A stretch of 64,000 bases of DNA from Alphaproteobacteria bacterium (GCA_017962125.1 JAGCVZ010000011.1:182255-246254); one strand, 5' to 3'. Positions 7,521 to 18,135 are shown, counted from the first letter of the stretch. Notes: generated by a model from the sequence alone, not told the origin. Made by a program: numbers and translations.

Positions 7521-10283
7521 ATGCTAACACTGATTGATGGGAATTCGATTTTATTTCGTGCTTACTATGGTGTGCACAGTCGTCTTACACGCGCCGATGG
7601 CACCCCAACCGGTGCAGTATTTGCATTTTTTAACATGATGTTACCGGTATTTGCTGCGGCAAAACCTGACGATATTTTCGTATGTGTGTTCGACGCATCA
7701 CGACAAACTTTCCGTCAGAAAATATACCCAGAATACAAAGCAAACCGAACAGAAACCCCCGCCGATTTGATTTCCCAGGCATTATTGGTTCAACGCGGGC
7801 TCGGTGAAATGGGCGTACCAGTTCTTTGCGTACCTGGTGTAGAGGCCGATGATGTCATCGCAACCATTGCAACAAAAAACTGTCAAATTGCGGAAAAAAC
7901 ACGAATCATGACTGGCGATAAAGATTTAATGCAGTTAGTTTCTGATTGTGTTTTTCTTTATGATGGAATGAAACAACGGCGCATTGAACGTGCCGAAGTC
8001 ATTGAAAAATTTGGTGTTCCGCCTGAACGCGTTATTGATGTTCAATCACTCATGGGCGATTCGTCTGATAACGTTCCAGGTGTTCATGGAATTGGCCCTA
8101 AAAAAGCCGCAGAACTTATCAATGAATTTGGTTCACTTGATGAACTTTACTCGCATTTAAGCGACATAAAAAATGAGCGCACTCGGAAATTACTTTCCGA
8201 ATCGCGTGATTCCGCATATATATCGCGCGAACTTGTAACATTAAAACGTGATGTCGATTTATCAGGATTAAAATTGGGGCCACTACATTTCAATCGGGCA
8301 GCCGCATTAGAATTTGTTCAAAAAGAAATAGAAAGCAATTCGCTGTATGAAAAAATTTCAAAGTTGTTTACGGAAACCGCGACCACACCAACAAAATTTG
8401 AATTTCCAAATTCTGTATGTCCCACAGATACGCCTGCGCCAGAAGACAAGCCAAAACCAGAATCAAAAATGACATTTGCAAAAATAACCACTTTAACGGA
8501 ATTGGAAAAATTCTTGTCTGGGGTTCGTGATGTTATCGCACTGGATACCGAAACCACAGGACTTGACCAAACGACTGCAAAAATGGTTGGAATGTCACTT
8601 GCGATTGACCCCATGCACGGCGTTTATATTCCATTGCGCCACCGCACGACAGCGGGCGATTTGTTTGGTGGTGATGCTGTCGCACCAGGGCAAATTTCAA
8701 TCAAGGATTTGTATAAAAAAATCTGGCCAATTTTAACGGACAAAAAAGTTACTAAGGTTGGTCATAACATAAAGTTCGACCTGCACATTATGGCAAATGA
8801 AGGTTGGGATATTACAAAAATCACACCGATTGACGACACAATGTTGCTGTCATATGCATTACACGGAACATTGCACTCTCACAGCATGGACGAATTGGCA
8901 CTAAGATATTTAAATCACCAAGATATAACTTTCGCATCGTTATTTCCGCCAAAGACACGCGATGCAGATATGCGTTTTGATGAATTACCAATCGACACCG
9001 CTTATCCATACGCTGCCGAAGATGCCGCCATCACGATGGCACTGTATAAACTTATGCGACCGCAACTTGATGCGAACGAAAAACTTCATGAATTGTATGA
9101 AAAATGTGACCGACCACTATTGATAGTTCTGACACAGATGGAACAATGGGGCGTATTGGTGAACAAAAGCAAATTGTTACAACTGTCCGGCGTATTTCAT
9201 GAACAACTTACAAACATAAGTGGTGAAATCTTCGAACTTGCAGGGCATGAATTTAATATCGCAAGTCCGAAACAACTTGCGACCATCCTGTTCGACGAAT
9301 TGCATTTGCCGGGAAACAAAAAACGTTCCACTGATGCGGATTCACTAAACGATTTAATCGAACACCACGAAATCATCGAAAAGATTTTGAATTGGCGTTC
9401 GATTGCGAAACTTGCAGGGACATATGCGGATGCCCTGCCCCGCCAAATTGGTGATGACGGACGTATTCACACAACATATTTGCAAACGAGTACGAATACA
9501 GGCCGTCTGTCCAGTCGCGATCCAAACCTGCAAAACATTCCGGTAAAAACCGAACTTGGAGAAGAAATCCGTAAGTGTTTCGTTGCCGGACCGGGCAAAA
9601 AACTTATTGCGGTCGATTATTCACAAATTCAATTACGCTTGCTTGCGGACGTTGCGAACATAAAAACGTTCAAGGATACATTTATCGCGGGCGCGGACAT
9701 TCACGAACAAACCGCGCGGAAAATCTTTAACATTCCACAAACGACCATAGTTCCGCGTGACCTGCGGCGCGCAGCAAAGACGGTGAACTTTTCTATTATA
9801 TATGGAATTTCATCAATCGGTCTTGCGGCCCAGTTAAATGTTTCGCGCGCGCAGGCGGCGGACATAATAAATTCGTACATGTCGGGGTTACCGGAAATAA
9901 AAAAATATATCGATGATACCAAAGAATTCGCGCGCAAAAACGCATGTGTTTACACACCATGGGGGCGCCGCATCGAATTACCAGAGGTAAAAAATTCCCG
10001 CATGCGTGCATATGCTATGCGTGCTGCAATCAACGCCCCGATTCAGGGGTATGAGGCCGATTTAATGCGTCGCGCGATGGTGGACATTTATAACAAAATC
10101 GTTGTTCCGAACGTCGACAAAATAAAACTTATCATGCAGGTTCACGATGAAATGGTCTTTGAATGTGATGAAGGATCTGCGGAAAGTTTCGCCGAACAAA
10201 TCAAAAACATTATGGAAAACGTAACAAAGATATCTGTACCGCTGCGTGCCGATTATGTCATCGCACCATTTTGGGGAAAGTAA
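7521..10283 (+). CDS. polA: DNA polymerase I
   Basis: 920 aa. Domains recognised: 5'-3' exonuclease N-terminus, 3'-5' exonuclease, and the polymerase motifs DYSQIQLRLLA and QVHDEMVFE. Confidence 0.9.
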   Translation: MLTLIDGNSILFRAYYGVHSRLTRADGTPTGAVFAFFNMMLPVFAAAKPDDIFVCVFDASRQTFRQKIYPEYKANRTETPADLISQALLVQRGLGEMGVPVLCVPGVEADDVIATIATKNCQIAEKTRIMTGDKDLMQLVSDCVFLYDGMKQRRIERAEVIEKFGVPPERVIDVQSLMGDSSDNVPGVHGIGPKKAAELINEFGSLDELYSHLSDIKNERTRKLLSESRDSAYISRELVTLKRDVDLSGLKLGPLHFNRAAALEFVQKEIESNSLYEKISKLFTETATTPTKFEFPNSVCPTDTPAPEDKPKPESKMTFAKITTLTELEKFLSGVRDVIALDTETTGLDQTTAKMVGMSLAIDPMHGVYIPLRHRTTAGDLFGGDAVAPGQISIKDLYKKIWPILTDKKVTKVGHNIKFDLHIMANEGWDITKITPIDDTMLLSYALHGTLHSHSMDELALRYLNHQDITFASLFPPKTRDADMRFDELPIDTAYPYAAEDAAITMALYKLMRPQLDANEKLHELYEKCDRPLLIVLTQMEQWGVLVNKSKLLQLSGVFHEQLTNISGEIFELAGHEFNIASPKQLATILFDELHLPGNKKRSTDADSLNDLIEHHEIIEKILNWRSIAKLAGTYADALPRQIGDDGRIHTTYLQTSTNTGRLSSRDPNLQNIPVKTELGEEIRKCFVAGPGKKLIAVDYSQIQLRLLADVANIKTFKDTFIAGADIHEQTARKIFNIPQTTIVPRDLRRAAKTVNFSIIYGISSIGLAAQLNVSRAQAADIINSYMSGLPEIKKYIDDTKEFARKNACVYTPWGRRIELPEVKNSRMRAYAMRAAINAPIQGYEADLMRRAMVDIYNKIVVPNVDKIKLIMQVHDEMVFECDEGSAESFAEQIKNIMENVTKISVPLRADYVIAPFWGK

Positions 10284-10601
10284 TCAAGATACCGTACTTT
10301 CCTTTATCCAATTCAAATAATCCGAACTGCCCGCGACAATCGGCATTGCTATTATTTGGGGCACATCATATTCGGAACATTCTTTGATTGCGGATTCCAC
10401 TTTTTCTATCAGACAGGCACGCGTTTTTATGCTCAACAACTGTTCTTGCTTATTGTGAATTTTGCCCTGCCACCAGTAATGCGAATCAATGCTGGACACC
10501 TGAACGTCCGCAGACAATTTATTTTCCAACAACACCTTTATCAATTTTGCCGTCCACGCTTCATTATCAGTGGTCGTTTGAATCAAAACATACTTGTCCA
10601 T
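10284..10601 (-). CDS. cutA: divalent-cation tolerance protein CutA
   Basis: 105 aa. CutA1 family pattern (..HYWWQGKI.., ..EYDVPQIIAMPI..GSSDYLNWI). GGAG lies upstream of the ATG. Confidence 0.7.
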   Translation of the reverse strand: MDKYVLIQTTTDNEAWTAKLIKVLLENKLSADVQVSSIDSHYWWQGKIHNKQEQLLSIKTRACLIEKVESAIKECSEYDVPQIIAMPIVAGSSDYLNWIKESTVS

Positions 10602-10619
10602 AATTTTCTCCTCGTTGGC

Positions 10620-10661
10620 AAAATCACATCTGAATAAAGCCTTTTGGATTTTGTTCCAAAC
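10620..10661. repeat. 42-bp perfect direct repeat, copy 1 (equals the last 11 codons plus stop of the M23 peptidase gene)
   Basis: AAAATCACATCTGAATAAAGCCTTTTGGATTTTGTTCCAAAC, identical to 11150..11191. Confidence 0.85.
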
Positions 10662-10664
10662 CTA

Positions 10665-11126
10665 CTATACTCTCACTTTTGATGACATTAATAACTGCCT
10701 ATTCATCGCTATTGCATCAGATATTAATTTATAGGTTACTGTCTTGCTTCTTTCATGCTTGCTATATAAATAAGGTGCCCTCATCCTTTTCTTTTTAACA
10801 TAGAAATATGTCACTGCTGGATTTTTTTCTTGTTTGGAATGTAAATACGCAATCTCATTAAAAATCTCTGAAAACACAGAATCTTCCACCAATTTGTGTC
10901 CAAAATTTGCAACAAAAAATTCACATTCTTTGTCGACTTTATTCCAACCAACATGAAGAATTATTTTTTTCGTGTTTGAATCAGTAATCGTGTAATACTT
11001 CCATCTTGCTTTGAACGGTCTAAGTTGTACATCCGGATTAAATATATTAAATTGAATTCCTTCTTCTGTTTTTTCAAAAAATTTGATTTCGTAATTTATA
11101 CCATTCAACAATTCTTCTAACGTCAT
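10665..11126 (-). CDS. hypothetical protein (153 aa, cytoplasmic), carried on the repeat-flanked insertion
   Basis: ATG at 11124-11126 with an AGGTG RBS. No signal peptide and no recognisable family. Confidence 0.5.
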   Translation of the reverse strand: MTLEELLNGINYEIKFFEKTEEGIQFNIFNPDVQLRPFKARWKYYTITDSNTKKIILHVGWNKVDKECEFFVANFGHKLVEDSVFSEIFNEIAYLHSKQEKNPAVTYFYVKKKRMRAPYLYSKHERSKTVTYKLISDAIAMNRQLLMSSKVRV

Positions 11127-11149
11127 TTCCGCACCTTTTTATTTTTAAT

Positions 11150-11191
11150 AAAATCACATCTGAATAAAGCCTTTTGGATTTTGTTCCAAAC
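11150..11191. repeat. 42-bp perfect direct repeat, copy 2 (functional 3' end of the M23 peptidase gene)
   Basis: Identical to 10620..10661. Encodes ..LEQNPKGFIQM-stop on the minus strand. Confidence 0.85.
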
Positions 11192-12449
11192 TTTCTATGG
11201 CCCTATCCAAAGTCACACGATATTCCAAGAACTTCTTTTTATTCGCGGCATCTAAATTATCTATCGCCGGCAATTTTACCGTCATTGGATTTACATGCTT
11301 GCCGTCCTTGATAATTTCATAGTGCAAATGCGGTCCTGTTGAAAGTCCGGTTGACCCCGAATATCCAATAATCTGTCCCTGCTTTACTGCGGTACCAACT
11401 TTTACATTTTTCGCAAATTTTGACATGTGCGCATACAGCGTTTCAAAAGAACTATTATGACGAATCCTTACAAAGTTCCCATGCCCACGATTATAGCCAC
11501 GTGCAACGACACGCCCCGCCCCAGCAGATGGGATCGGGGTTCCGGTCGGTGCGCGGAAATCGACCCCCTTGTGCGCACGCGTGAACCCCAAGACGGGATG
11601 CTTGCGCCGCGTTGAAAAACTACTTGTTACTTTCGCGTTATTTATCGGTGTACGCTTCAACGATTTAATTGCGCCATTTCCATTTGGGTCATAATACCCG
11701 ACCGATTTATCAGATTTTTTAAATCGGTACATTTTTACATTTCCGCGTAACGCATCAAAGGAAACAACCGATACTGCACCATTATCGACCTTTACATTAT
11801 CATGATAGTTTTCTTCATACAGCACAGAAAATTTCTGTCCGGCACGCACATCGCGTTCAAAGTCCATTTCAAAAGCAAGCAAATCATAAACATCCGCCAA
11901 AATACCAGCCGGAATTCCGGCACGCATACCCGCAAGATAAAAGCTATCGCCATCCAAAATTTCCCCTTGTCGATAAACCAAGCGCGTATCGCGTTCAATA
12001 TCAATCGCGTTACAATTCCACACACCTGCATCATCACAAGTCAATTCCACACGCCGCCATGATCCTGGCAGCACAACAATCTTTGTTATTGGTGTTTCGG
12101 GGCCACCGTCACGCACAATTTCAATTTTATCCTTGTCCGCACGCAAACCCGTTATACCCGCCTTGGTCTTTAAAACATTTGCAATAGAATTTATATCTTT
12201 GCCACCAATACCATTCTCTGACAAAATCTTTGACAGTGTGTCCCCTGCTGCAACATTTATCACTGTTGTCTTATCGTCAACCACAGATTCTGTTACAAAA
12301 TCGGCATTAACAGATGACGGTCGCCCACGCAATACAGACCATAAAACAACCACAACCGCAAACGCGGCAACCAGTCCTGCAATCCATAAAACCGCGCGGA
12401 CAAACTTCCCAGAAGTAATAATATTTTTTGCTTTTTCCATGGCGTCCAT
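11154..12449 (-). CDS. M23 family metallopeptidase (membrane-anchored, LytM/NlpD-like)
   Basis: HKGVDF..GYSGSTGLSTGPHLHYE M23 catalytic motifs with an N-terminal TM helix. Start taken at the internal ATG 12449; the ORF extends to 12476. Confidence 0.8.
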   Translation of the reverse strand: MDAMEKAKNIITSGKFVRAVLWIAGLVAAFAVVVVLWSVLRGRPSSVNADFVTESVVDDKTTVINVAAGDTLSKILSENGIGGKDINSIANVLKTKAGITGLRADKDKIEIVRDGGPETPITKIVVLPGSWRRVELTCDDAGVWNCNAIDIERDTRLVYRQGEILDGDSFYLAGMRAGIPAGILADVYDLLAFEMDFERDVRAGQKFSVLYEENYHDNVKVDNGAVSVVSFDALRGNVKMYRFKKSDKSVGYYDPNGNGAIKSLKRTPINNAKVTSSFSTRRKHPVLGFTRAHKGVDFRAPTGTPIPSAGAGRVVARGYNRGHGNFVRIRHNSSFETLYAHMSKFAKNVKVGTAVKQGQIIGYSGSTGLSTGPHLHYEIIKDGKHVNPMTVKLPAIDNLDAANKKKFLEYRVTLDRAIESLEQNPKGFIQM

Positions 12450-12461
12450 TATAATAGTTTT

Positions 12462-13229
12462 ATGACAATAAATCAAGCCTTTGAACTTTTGAAAAAATCT
12501 GGTGGCATTCGTGCAGCACGAATTATTACCGACGAAATCAAAAATTTATCGTGGTTTCGCGCACATATAATCGCGCATCGGTTGCGCAGTGGCACACCTG
12601 TTGCAAAGATAATTCACAAAAAATGGTTTTACGGTTTGGAATTTTATACCAATCATCACACATTGGACCCACGACCCGACACCGAAACTTTGGTTGAATC
12701 GGTCATAAACGACAAATGGATTGCACCAAAGATTTTAGATTTAGGCACCGGCACAGGTTGTATAATTGTGGCACTGGTTAAGAACATCGATTCTGCAACC
12801 GGCACAGCGGTTGACATATCACGTGGCGCACTGCGCGTGGCACGCCGAAACATAAAAAAACTGAACCTGCGCGACAGAATAAAAATCAAGCATGGTTCTT
12901 TCGCAAACCAAAAACTACTGCCGCACGAAAAATTTGATATTATCGTATCAAACCCACCATATATTGCATATGGTGACCCGCGTGTGGATGCGGGCGCGAA
13001 ACACGACCCGAAAATCGCACTCTACGCAAAAAAACGCGGCATGGCGGCATACGAACAAATTGCAAAAAATGCAAAAAACTGGATTGCGGAAAGCGGAAAA
13101 TTATATATCGAAATCGGCGCCGGTGGCGAAGTATCAGTTCGCAAGATTTTTGAATCGCATGGTTGGCAATTCGTCCGCGCCACCCGTGATCTTTCCGGCA
13201 TTACCCGCGTGTTGGTGTTTAAATTTTAA
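12462..13229 (+). CDS. prmC: release-factor glutamine N5-methyltransferase (HemK/PrmC)
   Basis: 255 aa. NPPY motif (IVSNPPYI) and SAM-binding LDLGTGTG. Confidence 0.8.
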   Translation: MTINQAFELLKKSGGIRAARIITDEIKNLSWFRAHIIAHRLRSGTPVAKIIHKKWFYGLEFYTNHHTLDPRPDTETLVESVINDKWIAPKILDLGTGTGCIIVALVKNIDSATGTAVDISRGALRVARRNIKKLNLRDRIKIKHGSFANQKLLPHEKFDIIVSNPPYIAYGDPRVDAGAKHDPKIALYAKKRGMAAYEQIAKNAKNWIAESGKLYIEIGAGGEVSVRKIFESHGWQFVRATRDLSGITRVLVFKF

Positions 13230-13259
13230 CAAAAACGCGAAGTTAATTCTGGGGATATT

Positions 13260-13709
13260 TTACCTTCGTTTACCGTATTGGTCTGGGAAAAAAATTCTGC
13301 CGATATACTTTCTAATAAATGGCGATGGACATTTACCGGACGCAATACATACCGGGCAATCATGCCAACTTGTCGCGACACAATCAGTGTCTTTCGAAAC
13401 ACACGACCGCATTATAATAACCATTTCATCCTTTTCCGCCTTGTTCACACTTGAATCTGGTTTCCATTCAACCGCGGGATGCAAACGATCAGGTTTTACT
13501 TCAAACGCTGTATTATCATCATAATATACAACAAACCCACAATGAAATCTGTTGCCGTCCACAGGTTTACAATTCCGCATAAGTTCAATAAATTGTTTTT
13601 GAAAATTTTCGGTAACCGCCCCAACATTTATTTGCGTAGGGCGACCACTGTAATCCGGTGTATAGCGATTATAAGTAAAGTTTTGGATGATTACAAATTT
13701 TTCTGCCAT
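13260..13709 (-). CDS. hypothetical protein (149 aa, Cys-containing)
   Basis: ATG at 13707-13709 with an AAGGAT RBS. No family recognised. Confidence 0.45.
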   Translation of the reverse strand: MAEKFVIIQNFTYNRYTPDYSGRPTQINVGAVTENFQKQFIELMRNCKPVDGNRFHCGFVVYYDDNTAFEVKPDRLHPAVEWKPDSSVNKAEKDEMVIIMRSCVSKDTDCVATSWHDCPVCIASGKCPSPFIRKYIGRIFFPDQYGKRR

Positions 13710-13842
13710 TTTTGTATCCTTTTATCACACAAGAAAGACTAGCACAATTTTCCCCAATGTCAAATATTCCGTCATAACGTCCAATGTTATAAATTCGATG
13801 ATTGAAAAAATGTTCGTATTTCAGGTAAAAACGCTTTACAAG

Positions 13843-14016
13843 AAAGAATTGTCATTGCGGATTTAGTCCGCAATAGGGTCTATAAACCTGTGACGAATAA
13901 CACAAATTTATTACGAAATATTCGTCACAACTGTTTAGCCCTATGGCGGACCACGGGTCCCACGAAAAATGAAATTTTTCGTGGGTGACACCTGCCCGCC
14001 ATGACAATTCTTTTTT
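13843..14016. repeat. ~170-bp highly structured palindromic element (nested inverted repeats), possibly a structured RNA
   Basis: Outer IR GAATTGTCATTGCGG / CCGCCATGACAATTC encloses TGTGACGAATA..TATTCGTCACA and CCCACGAAAAAT-GAA-ATTTTTCGTGGG hairpins. Lies between two minus-strand genes. Confidence 0.5.
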
Positions 14017-14070
14017 AACAAAGGATTTTACCAAACATCAAACACATTTCATCACTAAATTCAACGTCAT

Positions 14071-14679
14071 CTATAATCCACTATGGGAAAACCGTGCCTT
14101 AATATCGCGCATCATGGAATCCACGCCATGCCCGTGGACAACATAGGTATCATCGGGCAAATCGCGCGCAATCAGTTCAGAAATCGTTTTATCCAGTTCA
14201 TCGGCATTACCACCAGGCAAATCGGTGCGCCAAACGCCGTCATGAAAAATCGTATCACCACTTAGTAAAATTTTATATTCCGGAAAATAAAACATAACGC
14301 CGCCCGCCGAATGCCCTGGCGCCGCGATAATTTCCATATCTATATCACCTAAAATTTTGACAGCCCCCGCACGCAAATCATTCGGTTTAACAAAGTCATC
14401 GGCAATCCGTGGCAATCCAAAAGAATCAAGCATTTCACGTTTCCACAATATCAATGGGACATCCGCCGAATTCAGAAACCACGGCACATTATATCGACGT
14501 GAAAGTTCCGGCGCGGCGGAAATATGATCACCATGCCCATGCGTTGCATAAATCGCCCGCAGTTTCAACCCCCGCGATTCCAATAATTTTTGCCAATCAT
14601 CCGCGCGCCCCCACGCATCAAAAATAATACAATCGTCACCCGACACCACCAATACTGAATTAGTATTTTCCGGGGGCAT
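14071..14679 (-). CDS. MBL-fold metallo-hydrolase (glyoxalase II-like)
   Basis: HGHGDH and later His/Asp metal-binding motifs. The ORF extends to a GTG at about 14784, overlapping the ftsH stop, and encodes a very basic N-terminal extension. The internal ATG at 14679 is preferred, but the start is uncertain. Confidence 0.65.
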   Translation of the reverse strand: MPPENTNSVLVVSGDDCIIFDAWGRADDWQKLLESRGLKLRAIYATHGHGDHISAAPELSRRYNVPWFLNSADVPLILWKREMLDSFGLPRIADDFVKPNDLRAGAVKILGDIDMEIIAAPGHSAGGVMFYFPEYKILLSGDTIFHDGVWRTDLPGGNADELDKTISELIARDLPDDTYVVHGHGVDSMMRDIKARFSHSGL

Positions 14680-14776
14680 ACGCAAAATTTCGAATTTATT
14701 TTTTTGCAACACGCGCCTTTTTTGGTTTTGCAATTTTTTTAGTCGTGACTTTCTTTCCAGAAACAATTTCCAAGAT

Positions 14777-16573
14777 TTATTCACCGGTCAATGTTTCACG
14801 TACCAACAATTCATTAGCCAATTTTTCAACAGTCTTTTTATTTTTTGTTAGAATTTTTATCGCATCTTTATATGCAGCATCAGTCCACGCCTTTATTTCT
14901 GCATCAACCATTTCGGCGGTTTTCTCAGAAGCAGCCTCTAATGGAACGCGTGCACCGAACGTCTGCACCTGGTTCACGGAAACCATACCGATTTTACCCG
15001 AAAGCCCCGCCGTTGTTATCGAACGCCGCGCCAACGCAGTCGCCGCCGCGATATCGGATTCCGCACCGGTCGTGATTTTATCCGCGCCAAAGAAAATTTC
15101 TTCGGCCGCACGCCCGGCAAGGTCAATTACCAAATTCGCCTTAACCTCGGCCAAACTCATAGAAACTTTATCATCAATCGGCAAATGTTGCACCATCCCG
15201 AGTGCCCTACCACGTGGAATAATTGTCGCCTTGTGTATCGGATCAGTGATACCGGCAAACGCAGTGCTTGCGAACGCATGTCCAGCCTCGTGATACGCAG
15301 TAAGTTTAATATCTTCAGGGCGCATTTTGCGTATTTTACGCGGTCCCATCAACGATTTATCGCGTGCTTCTTCTATATCTTCATTGGCAACCTGTTTACG
15401 TCCCGAACGCACAGCATGTAACGCAGACTCATTTAATAAATTTTCCAAATCTGCCCCTGAAAAACCAGTTGTTCCACGCGCAAGTTTCCCAAGGTCAACA
15501 TCTTCATGCATTTTAATTTTTTTCGCATGCAACTTTAAAATTTCTTCGCGACCTGCCATATCTGGCAAATCAATATGAACCTGGCGATCAAAGCGACCCG
15601 GACGCAATAGTGCAGGATCCAACATATCCGGACGATTCGTTGCACCAATCACAATTATTCCAGTTTCATTTGAAAACCCATCCATTTCAATCAGCAACTG
15701 ATTCAATGTTTGCTCGCGATCTTGATCATTGAACGAATTCTGGCTGCGCCGTTGACCAATCGCATCTATTTCATCAATAAACAGCAAACATGGCGCATTC
15801 CGCTTTGCCATTTCAAAAATATCTTTGATTTTTGCAACCCCAAGCCCAACAATGATTCCTGAAAAATCACTGCCAGACGTAGCAAAGAACGGAACGTTCG
15901 CCTCACCTGCAATTGCGCGCGCAAGCAATGTTTTCCCTGTTCCCGGTTCACCCGAAAGCAACACACCACGCGGCACGCGCGCACCAACCGCAGCAAACTT
16001 TGATTTATCGCGCAAGAAATCTACAACCTCTGCCAACTCCTGCTTTTCCGAATCGATTCCGGCAACATCTTTGAATGTTGTTTTCGGCTTTCCAGTCACA
16101 ACCTTGGTTGGATTTTGCCCAACAAGCGCGCGCCCCAATCCACCACCAGCACCGCCACGTATCCCACGAAAAATCCACCATATAAAGAATAACCCCATAA
16201 TAATCGGCACCCACACACCAAGATAGTCAACCCAACCTTTGGATGTATCAATCGAAACCGCAGTTCCGTTATTTGCAAACTTTTCAAGCATTTCGGGACT
16301 ATATGTAAGTGTGGCATGATATTCTGTTCCATCAGACATTTTTCCAGTCGCCGTATCACCGCGCACTTTCATCGTCTGAATTTCATCCGCGCGACGCAAA
16401 ACATCAGAAAAAGACAATTCTATGGGCCCTGTTTTAACAACATTGTTTGGTGTCTCTTCCCTCATAAAAGAATTTATAACCACCGCCAAGAACAGCGCAA
16501 CAAAAACCCCAAAGAAAATCGACGATATTCCAAAGCGGGATTTACTTGAATTTTTAAATATATTTTTTTCCAT
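14777..16573 (-). CDS. ftsH: ATP-dependent zinc metalloprotease FtsH
   Basis: 598 aa. Two N-terminal TM helices, Walker [12 protein letters not shown] second region of homology, and the HEAGHA zinc motif. Confidence 0.9.
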   Translation of the reverse strand: MEKNIFKNSSKSRFGISSIFFGVFVALFLAVVINSFMREETPNNVVKTGPIELSFSDVLRRADEIQTMKVRGDTATGKMSDGTEYHATLTYSPEMLEKFANNGTAVSIDTSKGWVDYLGVWVPIIMGLFFIWWIFRGIRGGAGGGLGRALVGQNPTKVVTGKPKTTFKDVAGIDSEKQELAEVVDFLRDKSKFAAVGARVPRGVLLSGEPGTGKTLLARAIAGEANVPFFATSGSDFSGIIVGLGVAKIKDIFEMAKRNAPCLLFIDEIDAIGQRRSQNSFNDQDREQTLNQLLIEMDGFSNETGIIVIGATNRPDMLDPALLRPGRFDRQVHIDLPDMAGREEILKLHAKKIKMHEDVDLGKLARGTTGFSGADLENLLNESALHAVRSGRKQVANEDIEEARDKSLMGPRKIRKMRPEDIKLTAYHEAGHAFASTAFAGITDPIHKATIIPRGRALGMVQHLPIDDKVSMSLAEVKANLVIDLAGRAAEEIFFGADKITTGAESDIAAATALARRSITTAGLSGKIGMVSVNQVQTFGARVPLEAASEKTAEMVDAEIKAWTDAAYKDAIKILTKNKKTVEKLANELLVRETLTGE

Positions 16574-17528
16574 GTCTTTTCCTAAAGCTTGTCTTCTCGC
16601 CTTCGGGCACGATCATAATTTGACCACGAAACCGCCGTACCGTACAGTGCCCAAGTGTGAATTTGCAATCCGCACGCAACGCATCCACGGCACGAACAAG
16701 AGAATCTAAACGCGGTAAATACCTGTCCCCCCCAATTCGGCGAATGATTGTTCCGATAAACTTTAGCCTAATATCATCGCCCAGGTCAAATAGAAAAGTT
16801 TCATCAAACACGGCGCGATTTCCACGCACAATCCGTCGCACCAAACCACCAAGATTTAATTCACGTTCCGCGCGTACACGCCCAAGATTTTGAATCGCGG
16901 TCAAAATACGTTCATCAGAAATTCCAAGTCTTTCCCCAACCAAATGCCGATTTTGCCGAATTCGGACACGCGTATAGTGCGGGTCGTCGTTCATTTCATC
17001 AGAAAAATACTTAATCCCCAGCGAATCGCAATAATCACGAAGTTCACGTCTAAACACCCCAAGCAGTGGTCTGATTATCTTTATTCCAAACATTAAACTT
17101 TCACTACGCATTGCGGCCAAGCCATAAACACCACTACCCCGTGCCAAATTCATCAGAAACGTCTCGATTTGATCATCCGCCTGGTGCGCCGTAGCTATAA
17201 AATCAATTTTATTTTTATGACAAAAATCCGTCATCATCTTATACCGCGCAAGACGCGCCGCATCTTCGACCCCAGTTTCGGGTTTTTCACCATTCCAATA
17301 AAACACATGACACGGAACATTTAACTTTTTGCATAAGTCCCGAACATAATTCGCCTCAGTCTCCGCGGCGGCACGCAAACCATGATTCACATGCAAACAC
17401 ACAATATCCCCACGCGCGATTTCCGCCATCCAATACAGCAACGCAACCGAATCAACCCCACCACTAACGGCGACGGCGATTTTATGGCCGGCATATTTTC
17501 TCATAAAATTTACAAAATTTTTGTTCAT
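16554..17528 (-). CDS. tilS: tRNA(Ile)-lysidine synthetase
   Basis: 324 aa. PP-loop SGGVDS at the N-terminus. Confidence 0.8.
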   Translation of the reverse strand: MNKNFVNFMRKYAGHKIAVAVSGGVDSVALLYWMAEIARGDIVCLHVNHGLRAAAETEANYVRDLCKKLNVPCHVFYWNGEKPETGVEDAARLARYKMMTDFCHKNKIDFIATAHQADDQIETFLMNLARGSGVYGLAAMRSESLMFGIKIIRPLLGVFRRELRDYCDSLGIKYFSDEMNDDPHYTRVRIRQNRHLVGERLGISDERILTAIQNLGRVRAERELNLGGLVRRIVRGNRAVFDETFLFDLGDDIRLKFIGTIIRRIGGDRYLPRLDSLVRAVDALRADCKFTLGHCTVRRFRGQIMIVPEGEKTSFRKRHGKKYI

Positions 17529-17577
17529 AACCGTTATATTCTATGCTATAATCCTGAAAAATAAAGGAAAAAAAGAT

Positions 17578-18135
17578 ATGGAACATAAAATCAAAACTGT
17601 TGCGGTTTATTGCAGTCATACATTTGGATTATACCCTGAATTTATGCACGATGCCGATTTGATGGGTGAACTTATTGCAAAAAATGGCCTTAACATGGTG
17701 TTTGGTGGCGGTAATGTCGGGCTAATGGGCACGGTGGCCAGTGCCGCACTTAAAAACGGCGCACACGTGACCGGCATTTCAACCGAACATGTTATCGCAC
17801 TCCAAGAACCCGTCCATAAACACATAAAGGTCGAAATTGTCGGTGGCGTGAACGAACGGAAACAAAAAATGTTTGAATTGGCCGATGCATTTATCATACT
17901 GCCCGGCGGCATTGGAACATTGAACGAAGTGACGGATATTTTAACCATGCAACAAATTGGCGAAACATCCAAACCGATATTCTTTTTGAATACTTGCCGA
18001 TTTTGGGCATCGTTCCATAATTTGATTGTCGATATGTTAAACAATAAATTTATTGAAACATTGGACGATTACAAGGTCAATATCTGTGGCACACCAAACG
18101 AACTTATAGACGCGGTTTTGAAATATCGGGACTAA
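17578..18135 (+). CDS. LOG family protein (TIGR00730, cytokinin riboside 5'-monophosphate phosphoribohydrolase-like)
   Basis: ORF 17521..18135 trimmed to the ATG at 17578 (AAAGGA RBS). Motifs GGGNVGLMG and PGGIGTLNE. Confidence 0.75.
   Translation: MEHKIKTVAVYCSHTFGLYPEFMHDADLMGELIAKNGLNMVFGGGNVGLMGTVASAALKNGAHVTGISTEHVIALQEPVHKHIKVEIVGGVNERKQKMFELADAFIILPGGIGTLNEVTDILTMQQIGETSKPIFFLNTCRFWASFHNLIVDMLNNKFIETLDDYKVNICGTPNELIDAVLKYRD

Noticed and set aside
14680-14784. GTG-initiated basic N-terminal extension of the MBL hydrolase
   Set aside because: It overlaps the ftsH stop in another frame and has no RBS. Kept only as an alternative start in the feature note.
14745-16549. Several plus-strand ORFs of 76-182 aa inside ftsH (e.g. 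14745..15293, 15825..16226)
   Set aside because: They are antisense to a highly conserved gene and have low-complexity or odd composition. Shadow ORFs.
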